Below are positions 1-12,509 of a DNA stretch of 64,000 bases, piece after piece. The translations under genes were made by a program, and so were the position numbers. Origin of the DNA: Tubulanus polymorphus (lineage: Eukaryota > Animalia > Nemertea); the NCBI RefSeq assembly GCF_964204645.1, contig NC_134034.1:8258962-8322961 (forward strand), in the 5' to 3' direction. Each line of letters starts with the position of its first letter. Positions within the stretch are counted from its first letter, which is position 1. The notes under the pieces were generated by a model. That model did not search any database, was not told the DNA's origin, and worked only from the letters and a program-made list of their open reading frames with translations.

Positions 1-37
1 ATATCGATGCAAAGAACACAAATCAAAACTAAATATA

Positions 38-1396
38 AACTAGGGGTCCAAGGACACCATGCCCACTTGGGAAGTGGTTTCAAATGCTCAACAATCTAAC
101 AATTTCAATACATAACACATCCTGGTGACCATAGACTCAGAATTCTGGCCAAAATTGACATTTTTAGACACTAAAAAAGGTCATAGGATGGCCATTTTGA
201 GTCCGATCGACCCAATTTTTGTTTTGCTGCTGGGCCCTTGGTAGATTCAAATATATACATAAGATCAAGGTAATTGATCAAATCATCTTCAAAATTTCCT
301 TCAAAAACTTAAACAAGAGCCCCAAGGGGCACTATGGCCAGCCTGTCAGCTTTTCATAATGGCAAATGATGATGCATTTTGTGGGTTAAATTTGTCAAAA
401 TACATTCCCAGCCTGCCCTCAGAGTCAATATCTAATAATTTACACAATTCAATCGTAGAATACAAAAGTAGCACACGACAGCGACTGGATCTGGCAGGAA
501 CAAATACCTCAAATCTTTTCCCTTGGTCTTATTGATTTTAATGCGGAATAATATTTAATTTGCTCAATAAAACAAAATTGAATTGGATTTGATTTTTTAT
601 TTGTTCAATAAAGTAAAATTGAATTGGATTTTATATTTTTTATTGCGGAATAAAATTTGATTGAATTTGTAGTTTCAGCACATGGCTAACTAGCATATCA
701 AGGTCATCTATCCGATTTAAGAAAAAGCTATTTTTCCCGGAAAATGGTCAATTTGATATTTTCCGTAGTGCTAATAAAAATATTCTTCCCAAAAACCAAA
801 TCAACTAAAGCTTTCACAGAAATCGATCTTGAAATACAATTTTAGATCTTAAAAAAAACCCGGAAGTAAAACGGTAGACAATACCGCGGGTTTACGTGAA
901 CACCTGCTGATTTCTGCGGCTATGCCAATCATAGAGGAGTCTTTCCTTTCTGATTGGCTTTTCAAAACCAATACTTTTTGCGATCAGATATTCAAGAAAA
1001 AAGCTCATATAAATTTTAACGAGGCCCTCTTTCAAAATTCAGCTACGTAGAGTTTGGAGAATGGATAATGCTTTAATGAATGATTTGTATGAATATATGC
1101 TCAGTGGCAATGTAAAAGAGCCCTTACTCTGGAAACCATATCATTTAAATTCGCTCCATTTGTATAGTAATAGGCTCAGCCTACGGCCATCTTGATTCTG
1201 ACAGGGCCAATTTTTGGGCTGAAGATGTGTCTAGGGTAGATACATGTATAAACCAAATATCAAGACATTACATTGAAGCGTCTTCAAAACTTCCCAAAAT
1301 AACTGGATTCCGACTACGGACGGACGAACGGACGGACAACAGACGAAAAGTGAACGCAATAGCCTGCTCGGACTCAAGTCCCAAGTGGGCTAAAAA
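38..1396 (-). mobile_element. Helentron-type non-autonomous element family A (HINE-A), array-less copy interrupted by HINE-B
   Basis: AACTAGGGGTCC..GCCCACTTGGGA end at 38; (CGGA)n plus GGACT..AGTCCCAAGTGGGCTAAAAA end at 1396. The segment 312-1183 is foreign. Confidence 0.8.
312..1164. mobile_element. Interspersed repeat family B (AACAAGAGCCC-start, HINE-like), copy 1
   Basis: Colinear homology with 37898-39211. Confidence 0.7.
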
Positions 1397-1789
1397 TATA
1401 AATACCTGATTCCAACAAGTGCATGAAAGATCGATACAGTTACCTGGTATGGGGAATTCCCAGTTGAAGTCTACTACAAGTCACTTGAACAAGTCACTAA
1501 AAGCCGATAAAACACCAGTATCGGCTATTTTCATTTGAGTTTGGGTGCATAAAGTATGTCCCAAGATTGATTAATACCCCACTCCCTGAAAGTATGTACC
1601 TTTTTTGCTGACCCCCTCCCCATGTACCACTTGTACCACCATGTACCAAAATTCAGTAACCCCTCCCCCAATTCGAGGTACGTAATTTTTGGACGCTCCC
1701 TATAAATTCATCACAGAGATTCTCTTATTTTGACAATTGACTGTACATATTCATCAAATATCAAGCAAAATGTGATCAAAATGTGAAAC

Positions 1790-1918
1790 CTTATCTTAAC
1801 CCAATCTCCACAGTTAGCACTAGCAAACAAAGTCTCTAAATCATCACGTCCAATATAATATGGCGGTCGCTCATTTATGCGTTGTGGTACTTGTTCCAGG
1901 ATCCCAACCGGAACATAC
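1790..1918 (-). CDS. DUS3L: DUS3L exon 10 (YVPVGILE...[14 protein letters not shown]...DWVKI); final exon outside the window
   Basis: AAG/GTTTCA sites, 129 nt, phase consistent. Conserved DUS3L sequence. Confidence 0.92.
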
Positions 1919-2124
1919 CTTGAATAGAAAAATAAGTACACATCTTTAATATAGCTTCTGCCACCTTTAATGGTTTTTCTACCTTGCTGATTTAAATGCC
2001 TATACAATGAAGCATACAAAGTTTTCTGGAAATCAGTACCATCAGTAAAGTGTTGTTATCGTAAAGTGGCTTAATCATATAAAGATACAGACTATGACGA
2101 GGTGCATCTTTTATTTTCGTGACT

Positions 2125-2160
2125 TCAAGACATTTCGGCCTTCAAGCCTTCATCAATTGA
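2125..2160 (-). ncRNA. Degenerate minimal hammerhead ribozyme (Penelope-type)
   Basis: Minus strand reads UCAA-uUGAUGA-A-GGC-UUGAAG-GCC-GAAA-uGUC-UUGA: stems I and II plus a GUC triplet, with two apparent C>T changes. Confidence 0.5.
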
Positions 2161-3216
2161 GAATTGAATTTAACGGTTGGAGCAACATAAGGAAACATTA
2201 AACGTGCAAATCAAATACAAAATATGATAAATTTAACATGAAAATGAATAGATTAATAAGTATGCACATTTTAATACAGATATAATCTATGTATTATTCA
2301 TAGTAGTAATAGTAATAATATTTTTTCATCCATTGTTTCCTTGGTCTTTGTGTTAGTTTTGTTGTTTTTTGGTAACTTTAAATGTTAATAAACGTGGGTT
2401 CATTTTTTCGGTGACATCGGTAAAAATTTCAGCTGTGACCTTACATAGTTGTATTTTTCATTTCTTTCATTTCATACTCAGTATGTCGCGTTTCTTTTTG
2501 TCCTCCAAATTGTTTGATATTAAATCATGCTATTTGATAACTTTTAAATGCCGTTCATTTTTCGTTAATTTCCTCACTCCAGCATTCCACCTACTGCCGA
2601 CTCCAAATGGATTTTGTTTCTTTTCCAAATTTCATGCCTTACCTGTGGTAGAAATTGTCCCAGTTATAAGGAAAATAATTTGATCACTAAATCTGTATTT
2701 TCAAATATTCAAGTTTTGTTCGATGTTGATGAAATTTTGACACGATATTATTGATAACTGATATTGATTTTAACCCCTTAAATATGCACTAGAGAGCGGC
2801 AAGTGTTTGTCGTTTTAATAGTATTATAACTATAGCCAGCCAGTAACTGTAACTGTGCCAACTGCAATGCATGCATTGAAAGATTTGAAATTTGAACAAG
2901 ATGCCAATGCATCCAAGCCAGCTTGCTCAAGGGCTAAGTAAAGTCACAGTCGGCTCTCTTGAATGAATGACATCAGGACCTAGTTTGGTAATGTGATGCC
3001 AGTTGACATATTCATATGAAATATGAAAGCTCTATCTGGAAAACTTTTTGAGTTGTACTAGTAATTTCAGAATCCTAAGTCATCCACCGATTACTTCATG
3101 ACCGAGTCTGATCATGTGATCACAATTGGTAGAACACTATATCCGTGTTGACGCGATGAGGAGAGAATCCCACAATGATAATAAATTGTCCGAAAATGAA
3201 ACTTCGAGATAGTAGT

Positions 3217-3265
3217 TTATTTCAACGTTTCTACTATTATCCTAAAAGTCATCTTCAGGAATAAT
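3217..3265 (-). ncRNA. Degenerate minimal hammerhead ribozyme (Penelope pseudo-LTR)
   Basis: Minus strand reads UAUUC-CUGAAGA-U-GACU..AGUA-GAAA-CGUU-GAAAUA, next to a long fold-back. Confidence 0.5.
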
Positions 3266-3313
3266 GAGATACTACAAAAATTATGAGATATATATACAAT
3301 CCAGAGACAAACA

Positions 3314-3457
3314 GACTAATTCAAGTAATCAGAGATGATACAAACTAAAGGAAAATTAACATAGAAACAGTTACACCCTTTAATCTATTTTAGCGTGTAA
3401 CTGTTTCTACGTTAATTTTCCTTTAGTTTGTATCATCTCTGATTACTTGAATTAGTC
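3314..3457. repeat. Fold-back palindrome with 63-bp arms
   Basis: 3314-3376 is the reverse complement of 3395-3457 with one mismatch and an 18-nt spacer. Confidence 0.9.
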
Positions 3458-3574
3458 ATTGAATGCAATTGCAAGACCCTCTGATCTTAGAGCTCCAAGC
3501 TTTGATGCATGTACGCATGCAAAACGTCGCAAAGAGCGATGCCATCGTTGGTGTCACTGAGGCCGGCTGATGAT

Positions 3575-3794
3575 TGTTTGTTTGTCTTTTTGTTTGTTTG
3601 GCTTTACATACGTCGTTTGGATCTTGGTTTCCCAAGACTATTCCAATTGGATTGTTCATTTAACCTCACAACGGTACGGCCTTTGAAGTGTTGCCTGCAC
3701 TGTTCGCAGCCAGCAGGACTCGAACCTACTTGTCACTCAGCATTGATAGTGGATTCAACAGCATCACGCCTTATTTCACTGAGCTACCGAGTCC
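3575..3794 (-). mobile_element. tRNA-derived SINE
   Basis: Minus strand A box TAGCTCAGTGA, B box GGTTCGAGTCC, no acceptor stem, (CAAA)n tail. Confidence 0.7.
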
Positions 3795-4712
3795 GCTCGA
3801 TTCAATTCCAAAAAACAGCAGCGGCAAATAACCATCGCAATATTGCAATTCACGACAAACAACGCGTAAATTCAATCACTGTTGTTTAACGCATGGAAAA
3901 GATAATAAAAGGTATTTTTTCCCGGCGCGCATTACAAAGCGAATCTCTGCCGAGTGCGTAAGAGGGTGCTACCGCCTTATGAGTGCGCAGCAGGCGGGTA
4001 GGGCGTCCTAAAGTGAAAACTTATATTAGAATATAGCCGAATCGAATTTTACAATGACAGTCAACTGATTGATGATACAACATGGTTGTTCTCGGCGTAC
4101 TTTACAATGATATTTTCCTCCAATAAACAACTCTGGTAAAATTGAATAAAATGATCTATCTTTATTGGTGATATCGTATCATGGTGGTAGCCTACCGTTT
4201 ACCGTTTGATGTTTCGTGTCATCATGAAATGGTTTTAACTTTAGTAAAGGCATTCCCGCACGATCACATACGGGTTTCAGTCACGAGTAGGCTGCCGTTC
4301 CACTGCTCTAGAAATACGTGTTTTGACGCTGAGAATTAATCCCAAATAATCCCATGGATACTGATAGTTGGAATAACAGTGATATCCAAACACTGTGATA
4401 TTTATAAACCGGAGGTACATAATTTTATATTTTTCTATACAGGAGGCTGTTCCCCATTCTTTACTGCCAATGTCAATGCGGACATATCGCTACGCGATTG
4501 TTTAACCCGCTATCATCAACCAGATAATGAACGAGAAAAATGCGATCGAATAACTTTTTGAAACATTAAATTAGAAATCTGGCGACGCTATGTTGTGGGG
4601 AATAATTGAAACATTTTTCTCAGTCATTTTCTGCTGTTTCTAATGTTTTACGTGAACAGAGTGACAATTTGAAGTTACTATGAAAATGAGAAGAGTCGGC
4701 GCTATTTTTTCG

Positions 4713-4893
4713 TACTACTATTTTCGATCCATTTTACTAGCATTGGCATGACGTCATAGACATCAACCAATGCTAAAAATGCTCCTTGAAATTTCTTCTT
4801 ACTACTATTTCTTACTACTATTTTCGATCCATTTTACTAGCATTAGCATGACGTCATAGACGTCAACCAATGCTAAAAATGCTCCTTGAAATT
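4713..4893. repeat. Direct tandem duplication, ~80-bp block with period 100
   Basis: TACTACTATTTTCGATCC...GCTCCTTGAAATT at 4713 and 4813. Confidence 0.85.
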
Positions 4894-5499
4894 GATTCTT
4901 GAAAAATCGCCACAAATTCGTCGATTTCTCTTAAATGAACGCGATATTCAAAATTCCATTCCCAACAGATTTTAGCCGCATAATGAAGCTACATTTTGCA
5001 AATAAACATAGTAGATTGCATGACTTCGTGTCAAAGTTATAACCTCATTTGTAAGCAAAAATTCGATTTTTGGACCCATTACAACATCTCGGGCTTCGTC
5101 TGAGATAAAAACTCACTAAAAGATCGCCTAAACCAAGAACTCATGCTTCAACAAAACCTTCAAACCTTTTTATTACTACTTACACCTACATATCCCGACT
5201 TTGACACTTGAGGTATGTTGTGATTTATATCGAACAGGGATGACGGTCTATCAATATGCATAGAACTGTCTGACCACTTTTGCTCTATATCATCACATAC
5301 GCATTAGTCTCATTGCTGCGATAGCTGGAACGCTGCCTCCATTTTTGGCCTTAGGATAGCAAGCTCAGTCTATCTACGCGCAATGGTGACTGGAAAGTTG
5401 CCTCTTGACATCAGTCTCATTAAAAACTACCAAAAACCTAATCGTGACAATGTAAATAAAACCCGATCAAGACTGTATATATGTAAGTGTAAAGGCCTA

Positions 5500-6490
5500 A
5501 ACATGTATTTTGTCTCTTTAGAAAAATTGCCGAGAGACAATGCATTCATTATGGGTGATTTTAATATCGATTTACTTAAACACAGCAGGGACCATCATAC
5601 TGAAGACTTTTTGCATAACATGGTATCTTTATCGCTTCAGCCCTTAATAACTAAACCGACATGGATCACGGAACACTCTACCTGTATTGATCATATGTAC
5701 ACGAATATTAACGCTGAACGGCTGTCTAACCTCGGAATTCTAACGACAGATATCTCGGACCACTTTTCTACCTTTACGATCCATAACCAATATTTTAAAG
5801 TCAATACTGCGCATAGTATACGTTATAGGTCATTTAATGAGCACTCAATAAATAATTTTAATAATCTGCTAAGTCGTGTAGGCTGGACGGAAGTTTATAA
5901 TGAAGCCAATCCGGATAAATCGTACAACCTATTTTTAAAAAAATATAAATTATTATATGACCAAGTATTTCCGGTTCGTGCTAAAACTATCAAACGAAAT
6001 ACCCGCAAGCCATGGCTAACATTAGGTCTTCTTCGGTCTATCAGAACTAAGAGTAAATACTACCGAAAATATAAAAGAACAAAGCGACCCTGTCATTTCG
6101 AACAATATAGGGTATACCGTAATAAGTTACATAGATTGCTTAGAGTTGCTGAAAAGCGTTATTATGTGGAATCCTTATTTAATGTGAAACATAATTTGAA
6201 AAAAACATGGGATGTCCTAAGAAGTGTCATTGGTACTGCTAAGCAAAACCTCATACTTCCTGAGTTGAAGACTGACAATGGGCGAAAATTAAGCTCACAA
6301 GAAATTGCTAATAAATGTAATTTCTTTTTTATTGATATTGGGAGAAGGCTTGCATCAAACATTCCCAGGGCTGATGTCTTACCAACTCAGTATCTACCAA
6401 CCGATAGCCCCGATAGTTTATTTTTCAGGCCGATTATTCAAGAAGACATTTTTGCTATTGTAAACTCTTTAGATGCTAACAAAGGAGCTG
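5500..6490 (+). mobile_element. L2/CR1-group (Crack/Daphne-like) LINE ORF2 fragment: end of APE endonuclease plus linker
   Basis: GDFNIDLL, LITKPT, CIDH, ISDH and PWLT motifs. Homology stops at NKGAG, just before the RT domain. Confidence 0.85.
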
Positions 6491-6689
6491 GCCTCACACT
6501 TGACATTCGGAGTAAGCGTTCCCTGTGGGGGAAAGGAGATCGTTCGCTGTGTCGCTTGAAGTGTTTATCAAGTTTTACGCGACCTTAAAGCTTTAGTATG
6601 GTGGCTGATAAGATAAAAAAACATGAATATGCAAATGAGGGCGACATTACGACAAAACGACAAAACTAAAATAACGCGAGAAAACAATG

Positions 6690-9330
6690 ATTTTGATTTT
6701 GTCGCCCGCGACAATTCATTATTTTGGTTTTATCGCCCACGACAATTCATTACTTTGGTTTTATCGCCAGCGACAATGCATTATTTTGGTTTTGTCGCCC
6801 CCGACAATTCTTCTTTTTGGTTTTGTCGCCCGCGACAATTCATTATTTGGTTTTTATATTTTGTTTTTGTCGCCCGTGACAATTTTCTTTTTTGGTTTTG
6901 TCACCCGCGAGAATTCAATATTTTGGTTTATCGCCTGCGACAATTCAATATTTTGGTTTTTTTCGCCCGCGATAATTCATTATTTTGGTTTTATCGCCCG
7001 CGACAATTCATTATTACGGTTTTATCGCCCGCGACAATTCATTATTTTGGTTTTTGCCCCGACAATTCATTATTTTGGTTTTATCGCCCACAACAATTCA
7101 TTACTTTGGTTTTATCGCCAGTGACAATGCATTATTTTGGTTTTGTCGCCCCCGACAATTCTTCTTTTTGGTTTTGTCGCCCGCGACAATTCATTATTTT
7201 GGTTTTATATTTTGTTTTTGTCGCCCGTGACAATTTTCTTTTTTGGTTTTGTCGCCCGCGACAATTCAATATTTTGGTTTTATCGCCCGCAATAATTCAT
7301 TATTTTGGTTTTATCGCCCGCGACAATTCATTATTTTGGTTTCGTCGCCCAAGACAATTCATTATTTTAGTTTTATCGCCCGCGACAATTCAATATTTTG
7401 GTTTTATCGCCCGAGACAATTCATTATTTTGGTTTTATCGCCCGCGACAATTCAATATTTTTGTTTTATCGCCCGCGACAATTCATTAGTTTGGTTTTAT
7501 CGCCCACGACAATTCATTAGTTTGGTTTTGTTGCCCGCGACAATTCAATATTTTGGTTTTATCACCCGCGACAATTCATTAGTTTGGTTTTATCGCCCGC
7601 GACAATTCATTAGTTTGGTTTTGTCGCCCGCGACAATTCAATATTTTGGTTTTATCACCCGCGACAATTCATTAGTTTGGTTTTGTCGCCCGTGACAATT
7701 CTTTTTCAGTCCACTTGGGACTTAAGTCCCAGCGGGCTATTGTGTTCACTTTTCGTCCGTCCGTCCGTCCATAGACGGAATCCAGTTATTTTGAGAAGTT
7801 TTAAAGACGCTTCAAGGTAATGTCTTGATGTTTGGTTTATACATGTATCTACCCTAGACACATCGTCAGCCCAAAAACTGGCCCTGTCAGATTCAAGATG
7901 GCCGACTGGCAGCCATTGTTGTTTGCCAAAATCAGCACTTTTTAAACATTTTCGAAGTTTTCGAGGGAAATTTTTAAGACACTTTGATCAATTACCTTGA
8001 TCTTTCGTTTATATTTGAATCTACCAAAGGCCCATCAGCATAAGAAAATTGGGTCGATCTGACTCAAGATGGCCGTCCTATGACCTTTTTAGTGCCCAAA
8101 AATGTCAATTTTGGCCAGAATTCTAGGTCCTGTAGCTTCCTACTGGTTTGCCATTTCTGATTGCAACTGCTGATGGGTATTCTTTAGAGAGGGATGTTTT
8201 ATACCTGGGACTGGTATTTTTGATCAGCCAATTATGATGCAATTGGCGGCCATTTTGGTGTCATCAGTACTGATTCGTAGGTGGGAAAAATTTTTACCAC
8301 ATTAAATTGATACCTAAGCATATTGTGCTACTACATTCAATTGGAAAGTTGTAGCCCATAACGTGTTCTATGATTTTGGTGAGTTTCAAGGTCATTGGTT
8401 TTAGTATGTGGCCATCAGGGGGCGTTGAATAATACAATAACTTAGTATTGCTATATTATATTTGTACCAAGGCATATTTTGTTACCATGATCAATTGCAA
8501 AGTTGTAGTTCATGACATCGTCTATGATTGTGGTGAGTTTTTAAGGACATTAGTTATTCCATATAGTCACCAGGGGGCGTTGAATGGTAGAAAAGCTTAG
8601 TTTTTCCTTATTAGATTGGTACCTAGGCATAGTTTGTTACCATGATCCATTGCAAAGTTGTAGATCATGACATCGTCTATGATTGTGGTGAGTTTTTAAG
8701 GACATTAGTTATTCCATATAGTCACCAGGGGGCGTTGAATAGTAGAATGGCTTAGTATTTCCTTATTAGATTGGTACCTAGGCATATTTTGTTTTACTAT
8801 GATCAATTGCAAAGTTGTATTTCATCACATGTACTACGATTGTGGTGAGTTTTAAGGTCATTGGGTTTTGCTTATGGTCACCAGGGGCGTTGAATAGTAG
8901 AATAACTTAGTATTTCCATATTAAATTGGTAACGAGGCATATTTTGTTATCACAATCAATTACAAAATCATAGCTGCTCACATGTTCTATGATTGTGGTG
9001 GGTTTCGAGGTCATTGGTTTTTGTATATGGTCACTAGAGGGCGTTATGTATTGAAATTGTTAGATTGTTGAGCATTTGAAACCACTTCCCAAGTGAGCAT
9101 GGTGTCCCTGGACCCCTAGTTTGGTTTTGTCGTCCGCGACAATTCATTATTTTGGTTTTATCGCCGCGACAATTCAATATTATGGTTTTAACGCCCGCGA
9201 CAATTCATTGTTGTGGTTTTATCGCCCGCGACAATTCATTATTTTGGTTTTGTCGCCCGTGACAATTCAATATTTTGGTTTTGTCACCCGCGACAATTCA
9301 TAATTTTGGTTTTGTCCCCGTGGTTTTGTC
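6690..9330. repeat. 31-bp tandem satellite (TTTTGGTTTTATCGCCCGCGACAATTCATTA)n, split by a HINE-A copy
   Basis: Array at 6690-7701, resuming at 9122-~9330. Confidence 0.95.
7702..9121 (+). mobile_element. HINE-A, full-length copy
   Basis: DINE-1-like layout: 5' subTIR/hairpin, (GTCC)n, 154-bp arrays, 3' subTIR plus GTCC-CT-GGAC stem. T-rich flanks, no TSD. Confidence 0.88.
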
Positions 9331-9700
9331 GGAACATTAAGTTTTTTGGTCGAACAGTGTGTTAAGGTCGTTTTGGAAATTTACTCGGTCTGGTATATTT
9401 TGGATTTCTGTGTATGTCATTTGTCAGGACATTAAACAGAAGACGACTTAGGATACTACCTTGCGTGACTCCACTAGTTAGACCGTCTCATTCCAAGATG
9501 AGGCGTCCCGTTGATTTCGGTTACAAGTTTCCGTTCAGAGATAACTGCTGAGCCATTTGGGCGACCTATCAATGATACTGTTTCCTAATAGCCTCTTTAG
9601 TAATGGCTGATGTTGAGCCTTATCAAATGCTTTGTTGAAATCCACCGTTGAACAAGACTGTGCAGAAAACCCGTTATCGCTGCTTTGCAGCTATATTTTT

Positions 9701-10220
9701 AATTATATTTGTAACTTCAGGTTCTCAAACCAAGCTAGAGTATTAAGGAACCGTAATGATTTGAGTGTTCCATTTTCTCGTACTACTAAGCGATCGTTCT
9801 CTATTAGTATCATAGGTCCAAAAACTTGGAACAATATTCCACTTGATATAAGGAATAAATCCTCTGTTCAATCTTTCAAATTCAACTATAAGCGCCTCCT
9901 CTTGTCTCAATATTAATGTACTATAATTACTCTTCTGCGTTGCCTTTTGTGTTCTCTAATCATTGTAATAGGGTGTAATCACTTTATATCACCATCGCCA
10001 CTATATATACTTGTAAACTCACATACGTAAAGATGTATATTTCTTACCTTATTTACTTGGTGAACAACTGTTTAATTTTCTTATGTTCGGGGATTCAACT
10101 GGACAATCCTAACGGATTTTTTGAATCCCCTGACAAACGTATGTTATAACGTTATAACCTGTTGTCTTTGTATTATAAATTATCATATGTTTGTCAAATA
10201 AATGAAACTGAACTGAAACT
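9701..10220 (+). mobile_element. 3' end of the L2/CR1-group LINE (ORF2 C-terminus, 3'UTR, tail)
   Basis: GPKTWNNIP..IR..S...FK motif with stop at 9916. 3'UTR stems GGGGATTCAA/TTGAATCCCC and TGACAAAC/GTTTGTCA. AATAAA followed by a (TGAAAC)n-like tail. Confidence 0.8.
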
Positions 10221-11360
10221 ATTCAATATTCACGTGTCTGTGCCGCTTTCTTACTGATGGTCTATCAATGCGCATAGCACTGTCCGTTTGATTGCGATAC
10301 ATTCAAGAACCTAACTATGCACTGTATATATTAGAAACACAAAACTGCTCCTAGTGTAAAACTTTTACTTTTAGACGAATTCAGCACCAGATGTGAAAGT
10401 ACCAACTGCGCATCCCTTGATGGAGAGACCCATCCTCATCCGAGCTGCACTGCCGATGTCATACAACTACACTTCGGATACCCCAGGGCCATACTCTCAT
10501 CTGGAAAATTTGCGTTTCGAAATGTGCTTTCTTCCTATCTAGTCAACACGCGGGATCATCAACTTAGAGGACTTCTACATCAACATCTACCCGAGAAAAA
10601 ACCAAAATAAACTACCGGACTATTTACATGTAGACAACGACCAAAAAATATAAAAATGGACAAAATGATCATCAACCTTGTAATATAGCTATTTTCCAGA
10701 ATCTCAACGTATTAAATTAGGCAGCCAGAAAAATTCATCCCAATCAGTCGCTTGCCGGTTCAGACTGAATGGAAGATTGTTTGGATGAACCGGAACCGAA
10801 TTTCCAATTATGTACTCCGTTTAAAAAAAAATTCTGTTAACTCGACTGCCGATCACACAACTATATCTGTACTTCGATTTCCGATTTCAAAATCAAACCT
10901 CCTGTTTCGCTCCCGGCAGGTGTGGTGGGTCTGTAAGGGACATTCAATCGAAAAATCAAACAATTTACCAACCAAATAAATAAATAACGGGGACAATCCC
11001 TATTTTAAGATCAAATAACAGTGTCCTTCTTTTCGAGTGCAACTTCTGGTTTGAATATATGATTAAAATACATGCATTAACATGATAAAAGCCCAAAAGG
11101 GTGCATAAGAAGTTTTGTTGCACCCATACACGTGCAGCGAAACGCGTCTTACAAGTGATTAAGCAAGTAATTATGAAGCGCAAATTTGTCCCTGATGAGT
11201 GCCAAACATGTTCAGAAAAAACAAAAATGAATTACAGAATGCAATTTGAATGATATTAAGTTATTAACGCAAACGAAAACAAAGTTTCTTCTAGGCTGTA
11301 CTGTATGTCATTGGCAACTTACACTTGATGTGTAACGCCATGCAAACAGGGTGAAGAAGC

Positions 11361-11730
11361 ACACTTGCGAGTTTAGTCCCAGCAGCCTATTGAGTTCACT
11401 TTATTTTGTTCTTCCATAGAGGAAATCCACTTATTTTGGGAAGTTTTGAAGACGCTTCAATGCAATGTCTTGATATTTGGTTTATACATGCATCTACCCT
11501 AGACACATCTTCAAACAGAAAACTGCCCCAGTCAGAATCAAGATGGCTGACTTGCAAACATTGGTGTTCGCCGAAATCAGCACTTCATACATTTTTGAAA
11601 TTTTCAAGTTTCAAGGGAAATTTTGAAGATGCTTTAATCAATTATCTTGATCTTATATATCTATTTGAATCCCCCAAGGGCCCATCAGCGTAAGAAGAAT
11701 TGGGTCAATCAAACTCAATATGGCCATCCT
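11361..11730 (+). mobile_element. HINE-A, old partial copy cut at the hAT insertion (remnants at ~15556 and 17130-17300)
   Basis: Diverged homology to 7702-8080. The terminal GGACCCCTAG occurs near 17290. Confidence 0.7.
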
Positions 11731-11884
11731 CTTAATCTCAGGGATGAAAACAGGAGGTATTGAAATCCGCAGAAATTTTTAAACATTATGAATTTACCTT
11801 TACACTATATAACATACTGGAAAACATTTAATAATTCACTGACGATATATTATTCCTAATTGAAAAGCGATCGCCGTACGGACG

Positions 11885-12064
11885 CAGTAGCGCTAGCAGT
11901 CGGTACTGAGGCATCATTATGATAAGGCATGTGAACACAGTGGCGCTAGCAGTCGGTACTGAGGCATGATATGTTAAGGCAAGCGAACACAGTGGCGCTA
12001 GCAGTCGGTACTGAGGCATGATATGTTAAGGCAAGCGAACACAGTGGCGCTAGCAGTCGGTACT
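11885..12064. repeat. 52-bp tandem repeat (~3.5 units) in the hAT subterminal region
   Basis: CAGTGGCGCTAGCAGTCGGTACTGAGGCATGATATGTTAAGGCAAGCGAACA units at 11885, 11938, 11990 and 12042. Confidence 0.92.
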
Positions 12065-12509
12065 CGGGAATTCTTATTTCAACGCCGGTGCGGTCCATTG
12101 CTAATGGGATAACGATTCTCATTTCCTCGGCTAAGAAAAGGGGGCCTTTGAATTATTAAGTTACGGATTCTGAAATTCACTCCTGGACACAAACCAATAA
12201 CACAATGATAATCCGATAAGGGTATCTTTTTGAGTTTTATTATTTCAACACACAAGAAGAGATATTAAACTATTTAATTTGCCATATGATACAGTATTAC
12301 AATCATTCGGGATCCAGATCACGCAGGAATCAGTTTAACCGTGAACTTTCAAACAATTTAGATTAAACTAGTTTAAGAGTCCAGTTTAACCATCTCTCGT
12401 TCTGAAACTATTTTCATTTACAACGGAAAATGATAGTTCTAACAAAACAAACACGAATTATAGCCATGAATTACAGGTTAAGGACTAAGAATATAAGCCG
12501 AGCAAAAAT

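Larger units (their letters stand above)
6491..9700. mobile_element. Satellite-bearing insertion with Helitron/Helentron-like right end, occupying the position of the LINE RT
   Basis: Non-LINE sequence between the two LINE parts. Ends in a GCTGC-TTT-GCAGC hairpin plus TATATTTTT. Left boundary approximate. Confidence 0.5.

Noticed and set aside
1711-2019. Stand-alone ORF-track proteins overlapping DUS3L exons (also 17451, 20207, 36116, 44538, 44958, 45707)
   Set aside because: Only the splice-bounded cores are coding; the extensions are intron read-through.
3700-3794. tRNA gene
   Set aside because: A and B boxes are present, but there is no acceptor stem or clear anticodon arm; it continues into a SINE body and tail.
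5383-5500. N-terminus of the 401-aa ORF as a real start
   Set aside because: No endonuclease motifs; a chance open frame upstream of a truncated LINE.
6623-7695. Long overlapping ORFs (288, 145 and 150 aa) of repetitive F/W/R-rich sequence
   Set aside because: Artefacts of a nearly stop-free 31-bp satellite; the same peptide cycles through all frames.
11186-11220. Hammerhead at CTGATGA (also at ~63516)
   Set aside because: No convincing stem II followed by GAAA, and no stem I partner.
11885-12064. CRISPR-like appearance of the 52-bp repeats (and of the 31-bp and 49-bp arrays)
   Set aside because: Units are head-to-tail without unique spacers, there are no cas genes, and the context is eukaryotic intron.
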